Shown here piece by piece: positions 19,026 to 29,800 of a stretch of 64,000 bases of DNA (positions are counted from its first letter, which is position 1; the number at the start of each line of letters is the position of its first letter). A program made the translations under genes and the position numbers. The notes beneath the pieces are model-generated. The model was given only the letters and a program-made list of their open reading frames with translations, had not been told where the DNA came from and made no database searches. The stretch is taken from the IMG/VR virus record IMGVR_UViG_3300042462_000689; one strand, written 5' to 3'. This DNA comes from a virus.

Positions 19026-20432
19026 ATGCCCGCAAAAAATAAAAGAACCCCGCGCAAGTCCTCCGTAACGCAGGCGCGCGAAGAACTGGAACAGGCCGCC
19101 GAGAAGGCCGCCAAAAAGAAACTCAGGGACGAGGCTCCACCCGTGGACATCTTCGACCCCAAGGATCGCACGCAGGAGATCGTGCAGAAGACACTGAACA
19201 CGATCCTCTCGGCCCGAAACAACCGGCCCACCGGCTTCGCCACGCTGTCGGAAATCCAACGGTCGATGATTCCGCTGCCGCATTTCTACTGGCGGTATCT
19301 GCTGGCATCCTACGGGATTCCCAAGCAATGCATCATCAGCCTCATCGGCGCGGAGCACATCGGCAAGACGACCCTGGGCCTCACGCTCGCGGCCGCCAAT
19401 ATCGCCGACCATGGCTTCTCGCTTTGGATTGAGACGGAGAACAAGCCCTTCCTGCCGCAGCATGTCTGGCGGTTGATGGACCCAAATGTGGAGCGGTCGA
19501 TCATCATGGAGCGCAAGGGCCTCACCTACAAGCCGGCCCGGACGCTGGATGAAATGGTGGAAGTGATGACCGAGTGGGTGCAGGTGATGCGTGGCGTGAA
19601 GAGCCGCGGCAAGGAGACGGTCTGCGTGCCGATGTCCCAGACGCTGCTGGTATTCGTGGACACGCTCAGCAAGCTGATGACCCCGCAGGAGGCCGTAGGC
19701 AATTACGACTACGCCAAATACATGTCCGTCGGCGAGGGCAAGAAAGCCGCCAAAATGAAAAATATCGGCGAGGGCTCAAATCTGAAATTCGCCACGTTCG
19801 TGCATGAATTCATGCGCAAGCTGCCCGCCTTCACGCAGCAGTACAATGTGGTGATCATCTTCGCCGAGCACCAAAATGACGAGGTGGACATGTCCGGCCT
19901 CAGCTCCTTCATGCCCGAGACGTGGACGGCCATGTTCAACAAGAAGAAGATCGGCGGCAGGGCCACGAACCAGAGTTCGGCGATCCAGCTCATCATGGCG
20001 AAGCAAGGAGATCTTCAAAATGAGGACAAAAAGATCATCGGAAAGCGCGTGCGGGTGCGGTGCGACAAGAATACGTTTGGGGTGAACTCACGCATCATGT
20101 CCTACGAACTGCACATGGATTACAAGGACCGCCTGGGCGAGAACGGGCTGATCGAGCACTGGGATCGCGTGCTGCGGATGGACGAGCCCATGCTGCGGTG
20201 GATGCTGGATGAAAAGCTGCTGGATCTGTCGGTGACGGATACGGGCCTTTGGTCCTGCCCCTCGCTCGGCGTCCTCGGTAAGCCGGCGGTGTCGGTGGTG
20301 AATGCATTTCATGCCAATTTGGAATTGCAGAAAAAGCTCGGCAAGCAATTGATGATTGAAGGCTACCACGACACCGTGGAGGAGATTCAGCAGGCCATTG
20401 CGGATTACCGGGCAGAACCTAAGAGCAAATGA
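19026..20432 (+). CDS. recA: RecA/UvsX-like recombinase
   Basis: P-loop GAEHIGKTT, Walker B FVDTL, GGRATNQSSAIQL (cf. GGNALKFYAS), RVRVRCDKN (cf. RVKVVKNK). Confidence 0.8.
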   Translation: MPAKNKRTPRKSSVTQAREELEQAAEKAAKKKLRDEAPPVDIFDPKDRTQEIVQKTLNTILSARNNRPTGFATLSEIQRSMIPLPHFYWRYLLASYGIPKQCIISLIGAEHIGKTTLGLTLAAANIADHGFSLWIETENKPFLPQHVWRLMDPNVERSIIMERKGLTYKPARTLDEMVEVMTEWVQVMRGVKSRGKETVCVPMSQTLLVFVDTLSKLMTPQEAVGNYDYAKYMSVGEGKKAAKMKNIGEGSNLKFATFVHEFMRKLPAFTQQYNVVIIFAEHQNDEVDMSGLSSFMPETWTAMFNKKKIGGRATNQSSAIQLIMAKQGDLQNEDKKIIGKRVRVRCDKNTFGVNSRIMSYELHMDYKDRLGENGLIEHWDRVLRMDEPMLRWMLDEKLLDLSVTDTGLWSCPSLGVLGKPAVSVVNAFHANLELQKKLGKQLMIEGYHDTVEEIQQAIADYRAEPKSK

Positions 20433-20647
20433 GTGATTCAAAATTCAAATCAATTGAGACGGCCCCGAAGGATGGGACGCGTATCCTTGCCTTTATGCTT
20501 GGTTCATGGAGGGTTGCCTCTTGGGAATTGCAGACATATCACAAGAAGCCTAATCCATTTTGGCAAGCGGAGGGGCCATGGGGCACGGGTCATAATAGGC
20601 GCAATCAGCCGCAATGGTGGACGTCACTGCCGGAGGATCCAGAATAA
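20429..20647 (+). CDS. DUF551-like small phage protein
   Basis: SIETAPKDGTRIL...PQWWTSLPEDP pattern. Confidence 0.65.
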   Translation: MSDSKFKSIETAPKDGTRILAFMLGSWRVASWELQTYHKKPNPFWQAEGPWGTGHNRRNQPQWWTSLPEDPE

Positions 20648-22893
20648 TGAAAATTCGAATCCCAATGGTGGTCAGTGAGAACGGAAATATCAGCTCGTCT
20701 TTTTTCCGGGCGAGCGACGGAGGCGAGCATCAGGATGTGGGTCTGCTGTGGGAGGATGTTCCGCCGCACCTGCAGGCACGGCTGCTGCATGTCGTCGTCG
20801 AGGTGGACATCGAGGCGTTGTTCAAGGATGCGACCATCGAGGGCAGTGTAGATCTGCAGGTATCCAGGGAGATTCCAAATGGCGCATAGCCCCCTAAAAT
20901 TCACGCAATCAGTGTCGGCGTTGTTCCGGGTGCCGGCGCAGAATGGCGAGCGCATCGAGGCCTACCTCTACCGCCTGAGCGGCATCCTGTCCTCGGCATC
21001 CTCCTTCCCGTTTGATTTGGAGCATCTGCGGGTGGATTTCACGGACCTGCCGGTGGTGGGGGATTTCGCATTTGCGAGACATGCCAGCGCAGCATTGGAC
21101 AAGGTATTCGACAATTACGACGACGACCGGTATGTGCTGATGGCGGACTCGCATCGCGGGATGCCCGATGGTTTCATGCTCATCATGCGGACGGAATTGG
21201 AGAGGCTCTCGCAGCATGTGGCCTCGGCCCTGCGTTTCTTGAAGACGCCCAGGATTATGGTGACGGGATCGCGCAGACAGCAGACGGGATTCATCGGGAT
21301 TCCGCTCACGGCATTTGTAAAATGAACACAGAAACAACTAAAACAATGAAAACGAAAATCGGCACTTCCGCCGAATATCCAGACCCAAAGCCGGAGCCAG
21401 GATGGTCCGTATGGATCGAGAACGGGGTGTGGTTTACCGCACCGACAGTGGACCCGGAGAAATTTGGAGAGCACGCCTACTGGAAGCAGGCCTGGGTCGG
21501 CAATTGCAAATGTGGGTGTGAAATGCATAGCTCATCGAGCAGCGGTTCCGTAGACCCATTTGGGGCGTGCCCGGAAAATCCAAAACAATAACCATGGAGA
21601 AAGACCAAATTGTTCTTCAGGGATGGATCGAGGTGCTTCACCGGACATCCAAATCAATTCCTCGGTGTTGTCGGGATTTGAGGCGCGAGGATTACGCCCC
21701 GGCCGCACCAACCCCACTGCCCTTAAATGAGTACGATCTGATGACGCAAATTCTGGCGCAGTTTCTCAGCCCGCAAATGGTGCCGGCGGAGGGGATGGAA
21801 TTGCGGGGGCTTCGTGAGTATGACGTCATCGCCAACTACATCACAACTCCGCCACTCAGAAGCTCGACGCTCATCCTGGTCTCGCCGAAGAATGCAGGGA
21901 AGTTCTACACAGCAGGGATGGATGTGTACGGGTCTTCGCACACAGAATTGAAAATGATTCCATTGCCGGCGGCGCTTAGATTTGCCCCATTCTTTCGAAA
22001 CCAATAACCATGAACGTATTGATAAACTTCACCTGCATCGGCGATACGGAATTTCCTAGCGATCCCTGGCAAATGACACCCAAGGATACGCCGGAGACTG
22101 CGTGGATAGTAGAGGTGGCATCGCTGGGCGCGTCAGTGTTTAAGGAGGAGCGGATGGTGTTTGAGAACGGGCTGGAGGATGCACTGATGAAGACACCAGC
22201 CTTTCTGGACTCGTGGCGATCCAGGGCGGCAGGCACACTGGAAGCATGTCCTGTGGACGTCATCTACGGCATCCACATCAAATCCGTCCTGCTGCGCCTG
22301 CTGGGCCGCTGGGCTGTGCTACGTGGAGCCCCCAATTGCAATCTCATCAATCCCCCTGTTGGCACTCCGGTGTTCCAGGATTTGTGCGAGCTGTTCAATT
22401 ATCCGGCGGGTCTCACCAAGGAGGAGCGGTATTCGTTCTCCCCGGCACGCATTGACCGCGTGTTGAACATCAAATCAGGTTCCTCGACGGAGGCGGCCTG
22501 GAATCTGGCGAGGCGGTTCATCAGCTAGCTCACATGTACACAGAAAAAGTAAATCGAGTCATCAGGGAGAGAATGCCCGCGGGATTTATTGAAGGAATCC
22601 GTTGGAAGTTTCTCGGGCAATGGATTGTGTTCAACCCCGCCGAGGATTTGAACGCATGTGCCGCGTTTGAGCAGACATTGGATCCCGTCAAGAACCTGCT
22701 CAATGCGGAAGACGGAGAAGAAACACAATGGGGCAACTACGTGTGGAATCTGGAGCATACGGGCGAGCCAACATGCGCCGAGGAGGATATCTACAACCGC
22801 ACAATCAGTGCAACGCCGATGCAGAGATGCAAGGCATACATCAAGACCGTATGCCCGGAAGAATGGGAGGAGACTCCCCACAAAAACAAATGA
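20647..22893 (+). CDS. Run of six hypothetical ORFs (20647..20889, 20879..21325, 21322..21591, 21594..22007, 22010..22528, 22534..22893)
   Basis: Contiguous + strand ORFs with A-rich start contexts; no recognised motifs. Confidence 0.5.
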
Positions 22894-24611
22894 GTGAAAC
22901 AACAACAGCCTTCTCGGCCGTAAGATTCCCCGACCGGAACAATATCAACAACATGGCGCAGTGCGCCCGCGGGTTTCAAAACCTGAATGCGGTGCTCAAG
23001 CGGATGGGGTTCGACAAATTGCGCAAGGGGCAGGACGGGGTGATCACGAGCATCATGTGCAATCGGGATACGCTTTGCGTGCTTCCCACGGCGACTGGGA
23101 AATCGGCCTGTTTTACAATCCCCACGCTCGCGCTGGATTGGAGGACGCTGATCTTCGTGCCGCTGGTGGCGCTGATGCGTGACCAGGTGCAGAGTCTGTG
23201 GAGAAAAGGCATCTCGGAGGCCGGCTGTCTTTCCAGCCTGCAATCCGAGGGTGAGAACGTACAGGTGGCGCGGGATTGGATGTCCGGCAAATTACGGTTC
23301 CTGTTCGTCGCACCGGAGCGATTGAGGAATCCATGGTTCCAGCAGGCAATGAAGGCGGTTGCGCCTGATTTGATCGCGGTGGACGAAGCTCACTGCTTGT
23401 CCGAGCACGGGGACGATTTCCGTCCGGACTATTGCAAGATCGGCGACTACCTTCGCGAGAACCCCCCGAAGGTGGTGGCGGCATTCAGTGCGACGGTGGA
23501 CGAGGAGGCGGAACTGGATATCCGCCGCGTACTCTGCATGAACAACGCCGTGAAGGTGACGCACATGCCGCGACGCAAGAATCTGATTCTGAGCAGCAGC
23601 GATTTGACCCACGACAATGACGTCGTGGATTTCCTGGAGGAGAAGATCAAGGAAAAGGAAAGCTTCGTGGTCTATTGCTCGACTGTGAAGCATGTCGAGG
23701 AATTCACGATCTTCCTGCAGGCCAACCTGAAAGGGGAGGTCGGGATGTATCATGGAAAGCTGACACCGGCGCAGAAGCGATCCATGCAAGATGAGTTCAT
23801 GAAGGACCGGGTGCCGGGGGTGGTGGCCACGAATGCATTCGGTATGGGTGTGGATAAACCGAGCATTCGGGCCGTCGTTTACCGAGACATGCCCGGTAAT
23901 CTGGGTGAGCTTAGCCAGGGGCAAGGCCGTGCCGGTCGCGATGGGAACATCTCCCACTGTCACACCTTCTTCGACGACAACGGTCTGCGCACCCAGAACT
24001 GGTTCCTGATGACCAAGTATCCCAGCGAGTCGGCGGTGCGGTCGGTGTTCCTGGCGTTGAAGAAACTACAAAAGCCAAATGGCATGGTGCAGGCCAGCTA
24101 CGACGACATCGCCAAGGTGGCGCAGGGACATGCCGCGCAAATCGGCGCCGCCCTGCAAAACCTCAAAGCGGCCGCGGTCATCGAGAGCACCAGGCCCGAG
24201 ACCAAGAATCACAAAATCAAATTCCTGGATGAAGTGCCGAAGGCGCAGGATTTGCGCTTTGAGGAGTACAAGCACGTGATCAATCAAATCGGCGTGGAGG
24301 ACAACAACACCGGCCTGTTGATGGTGGATGCGGATACGCTGGCGGAGCGGCTGGATGTGGGAGACCAGACCATTCGCAACAACCTGCGCAAATACCAGTC
24401 GGCGGGTTTTCTGTATTTCGAGCCGCCCTACAATGGCTCGGACATCAAAATCATCGGAGGAATTGAACGCATGGAGTTTGGGCGGCTCAAGGACAAGCAG
24501 GCGGCGGCGGAGAAAAAATTGAAAATGGTTTTGGATTACAACCATGTGCCGGATGATCAAAAGCATTCTTTCCTGGAGAAATACTTCGGCATCACCGAGC
24601 CTTCCGAATAA
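22890..24611 (+). CDS. recQ: RecQ-family SF2 helicase
   Basis: LPTATGKS, DEAHC, SAT, ATNAFGMGVDKPSIR, QGQGRAGRDG; start reassigned to ATG 22890 (aaacaaATG). Confidence 0.9.
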   Translation: MSETTTAFSAVRFPDRNNINNMAQCARGFQNLNAVLKRMGFDKLRKGQDGVITSIMCNRDTLCVLPTATGKSACFTIPTLALDWRTLIFVPLVALMRDQVQSLWRKGISEAGCLSSLQSEGENVQVARDWMSGKLRFLFVAPERLRNPWFQQAMKAVAPDLIAVDEAHCLSEHGDDFRPDYCKIGDYLRENPPKVVAAFSATVDEEAELDIRRVLCMNNAVKVTHMPRRKNLILSSSDLTHDNDVVDFLEEKIKEKESFVVYCSTVKHVEEFTIFLQANLKGEVGMYHGKLTPAQKRSMQDEFMKDRVPGVVATNAFGMGVDKPSIRAVVYRDMPGNLGELSQGQGRAGRDGNISHCHTFFDDNGLRTQNWFLMTKYPSESAVRSVFLALKKLQKPNGMVQASYDDIAKVAQGHAAQIGAALQNLKAAAVIESTRPETKNHKIKFLDEVPKAQDLRFEEYKHVINQIGVEDNNTGLLMVDADTLAERLDVGDQTIRNNLRKYQSAGFLYFEPPYNGSDIKIIGGIERMEFGRLKDKQAAAEKKLKMVLDYNHVPDDQKHSFLEKYFGITEPSE

Positions 24612-24620
24612 ATAAAGCAA

Positions 24621-24865
24621 ATGAGTTTGAATCTTGAAAGTGTTCCGTGGATTGCGGGAATTGGCGTAATTGCGGCGTGTTGGCGATCGTGTCTGTCTTT
24701 TTTAAGCAGGGTGCGATCGTTCTTTGTGGTGAAGACGGTGCTGCGCGGGGATGTGAGCACCATGCCAATTTCGACATCATCGAGGCGCGGAACAAGGCGG
24801 AAGCCGTGAAAATCGCACGGAAGCGATTTGAAGACGTGATGGACGTGGTGGAAGTTTCCACGTAA
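24621..24865 (+). CDS. Overlapping ORF pair (24621..24809 and 24647..24865), possibly joined by a -1 frameshift
   Basis: In-frame T TTT TTA at 24698-24704; second ORF lies in the -1 frame. Confidence 0.35.
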
Positions 24866-24874
24866 GAAGTCCGG

Positions 24875-25363
24875 ATGCCCGACGAACCTCGCCTACACAT
24901 CCCGCCGGAAATCATTCCGGTAATTCAAAATGCATCGGCGAGGTACGCGGCGAGCATCAGCAATGATGCCCCGAGGCTGTCCACGGAGGAACCACACCTC
25001 ATCTCGGACATGGCCTGCGCCTGTAAGAAGTTCAAACCGGCCGTGGATTTCCCGCTGTATGACACCGGACAGATGCAGGCATTCAACACGGTGTGCCGGG
25101 GATGTGAGAAGCAATGGGCCCCATTTGCGCGGATCATTTGCAAGAACTGTCGGATACCGGCCATGTTCGTTTCGCCGCACAAGGACGACAAGGGGTTCGA
25201 GTTCGTAAAGGGGCGATCGTATCACGTCACCGTGTGTCCGAATTGCGACCCGACGGCGAAGGCGGCAATTCCGGTGGAGAAAATAGTATTTGATTATCGG
25301 AGGTCGGGGAGTCAGCTTCCAATGAAGGAATTCGCCAGACTCGTCATGGGTCGCGGGTTCTGA
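24875..25363 (+). CDS. Cys-rich hypothetical protein
   Basis: CRGC, CKNC, CPNC pairs. Confidence 0.6.
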   Translation: MPDEPRLHIPPEIIPVIQNASARYAASISNDAPRLSTEEPHLISDMACACKKFKPAVDFPLYDTGQMQAFNTVCRGCEKQWAPFARIICKNCRIPAMFVSPHKDDKGFEFVKGRSYHVTVCPNCDPTAKAAIPVEKIVFDYRRSGSQLPMKEFARLVMGRGF

Positions 25364-25386
25364 AACCAAATCACCTCTGTATTCCA

Positions 25387-26019
25387 ATGAACCAAGAACT
25401 CAAGAAACCCACCCTCTCCGACGCCACCCGCACCCCCATCGCCGCATTCAAGCCGGCGTATTTGGATCAGCGGGGCGGTGACGACAAGCTGATGCTCGTG
25501 GCAGTCACACCCACCGGCCAGCAGCGGAGCGTGCAATGCACCCCGCAGGTATTTGCCGCGGCCTACGGGCAGCCCCTGCCGGACAACAAGCATTCCGCAC
25601 TGGACCGCCTCACCGAGCACGACTTCGTGATGCTCACCAAAAATATCAAAGGCACGGATATGTGCGTCGGCGTGCATGTCTTCCCGCGCAATGATTTCCT
25701 CGGCACTTCGATTCCGATCAAGGCAGCAGAGGTGGATGTCGTGGAAGTGGTCATCAACCCGGCCAGCGGGGAGCTGAATGTCCGCAAGGCCCCGATCTCC
25801 GTGAAGGCGCCTTCGATGCATCGCATCCTCGCCGCGATCGACAAGCGCGACACGCTCAAGGTGGGTGAAGTCATTGATTCGGGGCTCGGACTCCGAGTGA
25901 AGAACATCATCGGCAACGAGGTGCAATTTACGGTCAACATCTCCACGGCGCGGCAGGAGCGCACCACGCTCGGTAATGTGATGGCGGCGGCCAATGCGCC
26001 GGCGGCGGTGCCTGCGTAG
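25387..26019 (+). CDS. Hypothetical protein
   Basis: 210-aa ORF with strongly biased codon usage. Confidence 0.65.
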   Translation: MNQELKKPTLSDATRTPIAAFKPAYLDQRGGDDKLMLVAVTPTGQQRSVQCTPQVFAAAYGQPLPDNKHSALDRLTEHDFVMLTKNIKGTDMCVGVHVFPRNDFLGTSIPIKAAEVDVVEVVINPASGELNVRKAPISVKAPSMHRILAAIDKRDTLKVGEVIDSGLGLRVKNIIGNEVQFTVNISTARQERTTLGNVMAAANAPAAVPA

Positions 26020-26058
26020 TCTGCAATTCAAATTCTGAAGGCCAACGGGCGCTCCTTG

Positions 26059-26090
26059 TGAAATACGGGGAGCGCCCGAGTCATATACAA
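26059..26090 (+). promoter_or_regulatory. Bipartite promoter-like motif, copy 1
   Basis: TGAAATAC-N13-GTCATATACAA, intergenic. Confidence 0.65.
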
Positions 26091-26175
26091 GTGTAGCGCC
26101 ACTGGTTTCTTTTATGGCGAATGGAGCGGTTTCAAAATTCAAAATTCAAAATTCAAAGTGAACGAAAATACAAAA

Positions 26176-26761
26176 ATGCCGCCCGAACCCCCCTCACCGA
26201 AACCCACATCCGAATTCACCATATGGCATGGGATGTGGATCGTGATCGGGGTCATTGCCGTAGTGCACTTCATCCCACCGGTCCTGATCTGTTTGGGTGG
26301 GGGAATTGCGCTGGCGGCGGCGGGAGACAAGATCTGAAATGAAACTGACACTGACGATTCGTGAGCTGTCGAATTACAACTGGGACAAGGTGTGTGCCGT
26401 GACAGGGTTGAATCCCTGGTGCATGGCCGAGGGCCTCGCCTCCGGCGACGAGGCAGTCGAGCTGACGGAAGAGCAGGCGCGGGAGATTGGCGTGATGTCG
26501 AAGCGGGAGGAGTGAGCTTTGAAGTAAATACAAACCAGAAATCAAATGACCAATGCGCAAGGAATGATAATGCGGCGGGTGATCGCGGAGGGCGGCTCCT
26601 CACAAATCCGGCGCGGGTTCAAGACAATGATCGAATGGGAGCAAGGCAGGAAGCTCTGTGATGAAGGGCTGTTGTCCATTGTCACGCTGGATGCCGCGCC
26701 CATGTGGTGGACGATCACGCCGGCGGGACGGAAAGCCTGCGAGGAATACGGATTGAGTTGA
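26176..26761 (+). CDS. Three small ORFs (26176..26337 membrane peptide, 26339..26515, 26546..26761)
   Basis: Manual translation; first has hydrophobic stretch WIVIGVIAVVHFIPPVLICLGGGIALAAA. Confidence 0.55.
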
Positions 26762-26766
26762 GATTT

Positions 26767-26800
26767 GAAGGAGGGGCGAACGGGCGCCCCTCCTTCTTTA
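26767..26800 (+). terminator. Intrinsic terminator
   Basis: GAAGGAGGGGCG-AACGGG-CGCCCCTCCTTC-TTTA. Confidence 0.65.
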
Positions 26801-26835
26801 CCTGGCGCATCTTTTGGGTATGCTGGTGGACGCAA

Positions 26836-29800
26836 ATGCCAACGGACAATTCACCAATCACCCTGCCCACCGGCGTCGTCCTGCGCGCCCCGGAGGATTT
26901 CGACACCCTGCGCACCAGCATTTACGACACCGCGAAGAAGGGCCTGGAATCCTCCTTTCCGACGTCCTACAACGGCGTGCGCATGGAATTGAAGGACGTG
27001 CATTACGCCGATCCGGATGACTTCCCGCTGGATGTGCAAAAGCAGGCCATGCTCACGGACAAATCCCTCGGCCGCCGGCTGCGGGGCTCCGTGCATCTCT
27101 ACGATGACAATACCGGCGACCTGCTGGACAAGCGGGACATGACGCTGATGACGGTGCCGCATATGACTGAGCGGGGCACGTTCGTGAACGCGGGCAGTGA
27201 CTACGCGCATGTAAATCAGGCCAGGCTCTTGCACGGCGCCTACAGCCGCCGGATGCAGAATGGCAACCTGAGCACTTCCGTGAACGCCAAGACCGGCACC
27301 GGTCCCGCCTTCCAGGTCGAGTTCGAGCCGACGACGGCGCAATACCGGATGCACATCCGCGGCAGCAATCTGCATCTCTATTCCCTGCTCCATGACATCG
27401 GCATCCCCGATGAGCAATTGGAGAAGACCTGGGGCCCTGAGCTGCTGGATCGTAATCGAAAGAAATACGACGCGCGGGTCATTAGCAAAGCCTACGAGCA
27501 TTTGGTCGCCCCCCGACACAAGCTGCCCGAGCACACACCCGAGGATCGCGTCAAAGCCATCCATACGGCATTGGACTCCGTGCGGGTGCACCGGGATGCC
27601 ATCGGCAAAACGCTGCCGGTCCTGCTCGGCGGCAAATCAGCCACGGCATGGCGGGCGAAGATGAGCGTCCGGCAGGCCGACTTCGAAAAGGAAATCTTCG
27701 CCCCTTCAATTCCACCACATGAGGCAATGGGCATGGGATTTGAAATGGCGCACCCGGAGATCTTTTTTGAGGTCGCCGGGGATTGTGAAGTGCCGGTGTT
27801 TGAAAAGCTGGCCAGCGCCAAATCCGAATCCGAAGCCAAAGGCTTTGAACCCGACCTGGATGCCGATGGTATGCGCGAGGCCTACAATGCCGTGTATGCC
27901 AAGGCAGGCCCGCGGCTGGCAGGCATGAAGCAATGGCCGAAGCACTGGTTTACGGACGAGGGCGATCCGCTCGGCTGGATTTCGTGGTATTGTCGATACG
28001 CCGATGGAGCGCGCGGTCCGGACGACGAGCGTCAAATCAACCGCTGGAAATCCTTCAAGGCGCGCAGCGTGCCACGCTTCATCAAGAACCCCACAGCCCG
28101 GCAGGCATTTGCGCTGCGGTATTGGGCAATCGACCCGCTGCCGCTGATTACGGATGCCGATGCACGGAAGCAATTGAAGGAGGACATGAAGGAGCACCAG
28201 GCGGCGGAGATGCGGAAGTTCTCGGAGCGGGCGTGTGATGATTATCCCAAATTGGAGCGTGAGAAGGAGGCCAGTGTGTTGGCGGTTGGTGTTGTCCCTC
28301 CGCCCAGAGACCTACCCGAATGGCAACTCGGCCTCATCAAATACGCACGGGCAAATGCGCCCAAGGATCCGGAGAAGCCCAATCCTGAATACAAGGGATG
28401 CCTGATGGCCCGACTGCAATTGTCCGACGCGAAGAAGATCATCGAATGGGCCGAGGAGAACATCCCGGAAGATCAATTGGCGGAGGACGGATTTGAACGC
28501 GAAATTCACTGTACAGCCCTATTCGGGATCCATCAAAGCGTCACGAAGGAGCTGCTCGAATCCGCCGTGAAGGAAATCATGAAGGACGCCGGCGGTTCGC
28601 TGATCCTGCAATTGAAGGAGATCCATCGGTTTCCTGCCAGCGAGCATCGCAACAGCGACGTCATTGTCCTGAAGTGCGAGTCGCCGTGGCTGGAGGAATT
28701 GCACTACGGGCTGATCGAGAAGCTGGGGGACAAGGTGCAGGTCACGTATCCTGATTACACCCCACATGTCACCGTGGCATACGTTAAGCCCGGAGCATTG
28801 AAGCATCTCGATGACAGCCAGGTGTTCGATGGGCAATTGCTGCCGCTGAGTCCTTTGATTTACTCGATTGCGGATCGCACTGCGAAACATGAAATTGAGA
28901 TGTTCGATTCCAAGATGGAAAAGGACGCAGCGGAAGTTCCAATGTTTGGGGATCAGCCGGCCCATGAGGTCGTCAGTCCCGGCGGGGCTCGCTCATCTCA
29001 TCAATTCACGACCAGCAGCGGGTCTCGTTATATCATGGGCGAGGATGGTTCTTCCCGCAGAATTAAGTCCTTCCATGCCAACACAGGTGGGGCAGATGTA
29101 GGCTTGAAACCGTGGCAGGAGAACATCCGATTTGTAGACCCGAAGAATCCTCATTTTTCTACAGACGTCGGGCGACTTCAAGAGTTGGGGCATCACGTGC
29201 ATCTGGCCCCAAGTGGCGAACAAATGGGTGTGAATATTTATGACCAGGCCGCGCAGAAGTGGAGGCCTGCTACTATTGCAGATGCGAGACCGAAGGCTGT
29301 CGCGGCCGGAATCCTCAAAGGCGGAGAGGCACCGCTGCGCGCGGGGATATCGGCAATCCCACAGCCAGGATCGCACGTGCTGGAGTGGAACAATCATTCC
29401 GACGGGCGCCTAAAGAGCGTACACCCCGGCAGCCCGGTTGCACAGACGGAGTGGGCAAGGCCGCCTGCGGCGACCACAACCCCAGCCACCCCAGCCCCAG
29501 CGCCTGCGTCAGCCGCCGCCCCAGCCGCCGCCCCAGCCGCCGCCAATGCCGTCACGGCCACCAAAGCGGTAGCTCCAATTGCGCCAGCCGCCTCAGCCGC
29601 CCCAACCGGCCTCAAACCTCTTGCGGCTCTAAAGGGTACTGCTGGCGCTCTCGATGGGGGTGCGGTGAGGGCGGCAGGTCGGGCCTTGGGAACTGGTGTA
29701 AAGATTGTTGGTGCGGTTGCCAGGCCCTTGTCTGCCATCACCACAGTAAATGACCTTTATCAATCAGCGACGAATCCTAGAGGTGCTGCAAAAGATTTTA

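Noticed and set aside
26704-26835. Upstream 44-codon extension of the RNAP polyprotein ORF
   Set aside because: Overlaps the previous gene and a terminator hairpin; ATG 26836 has the typical caaATG context
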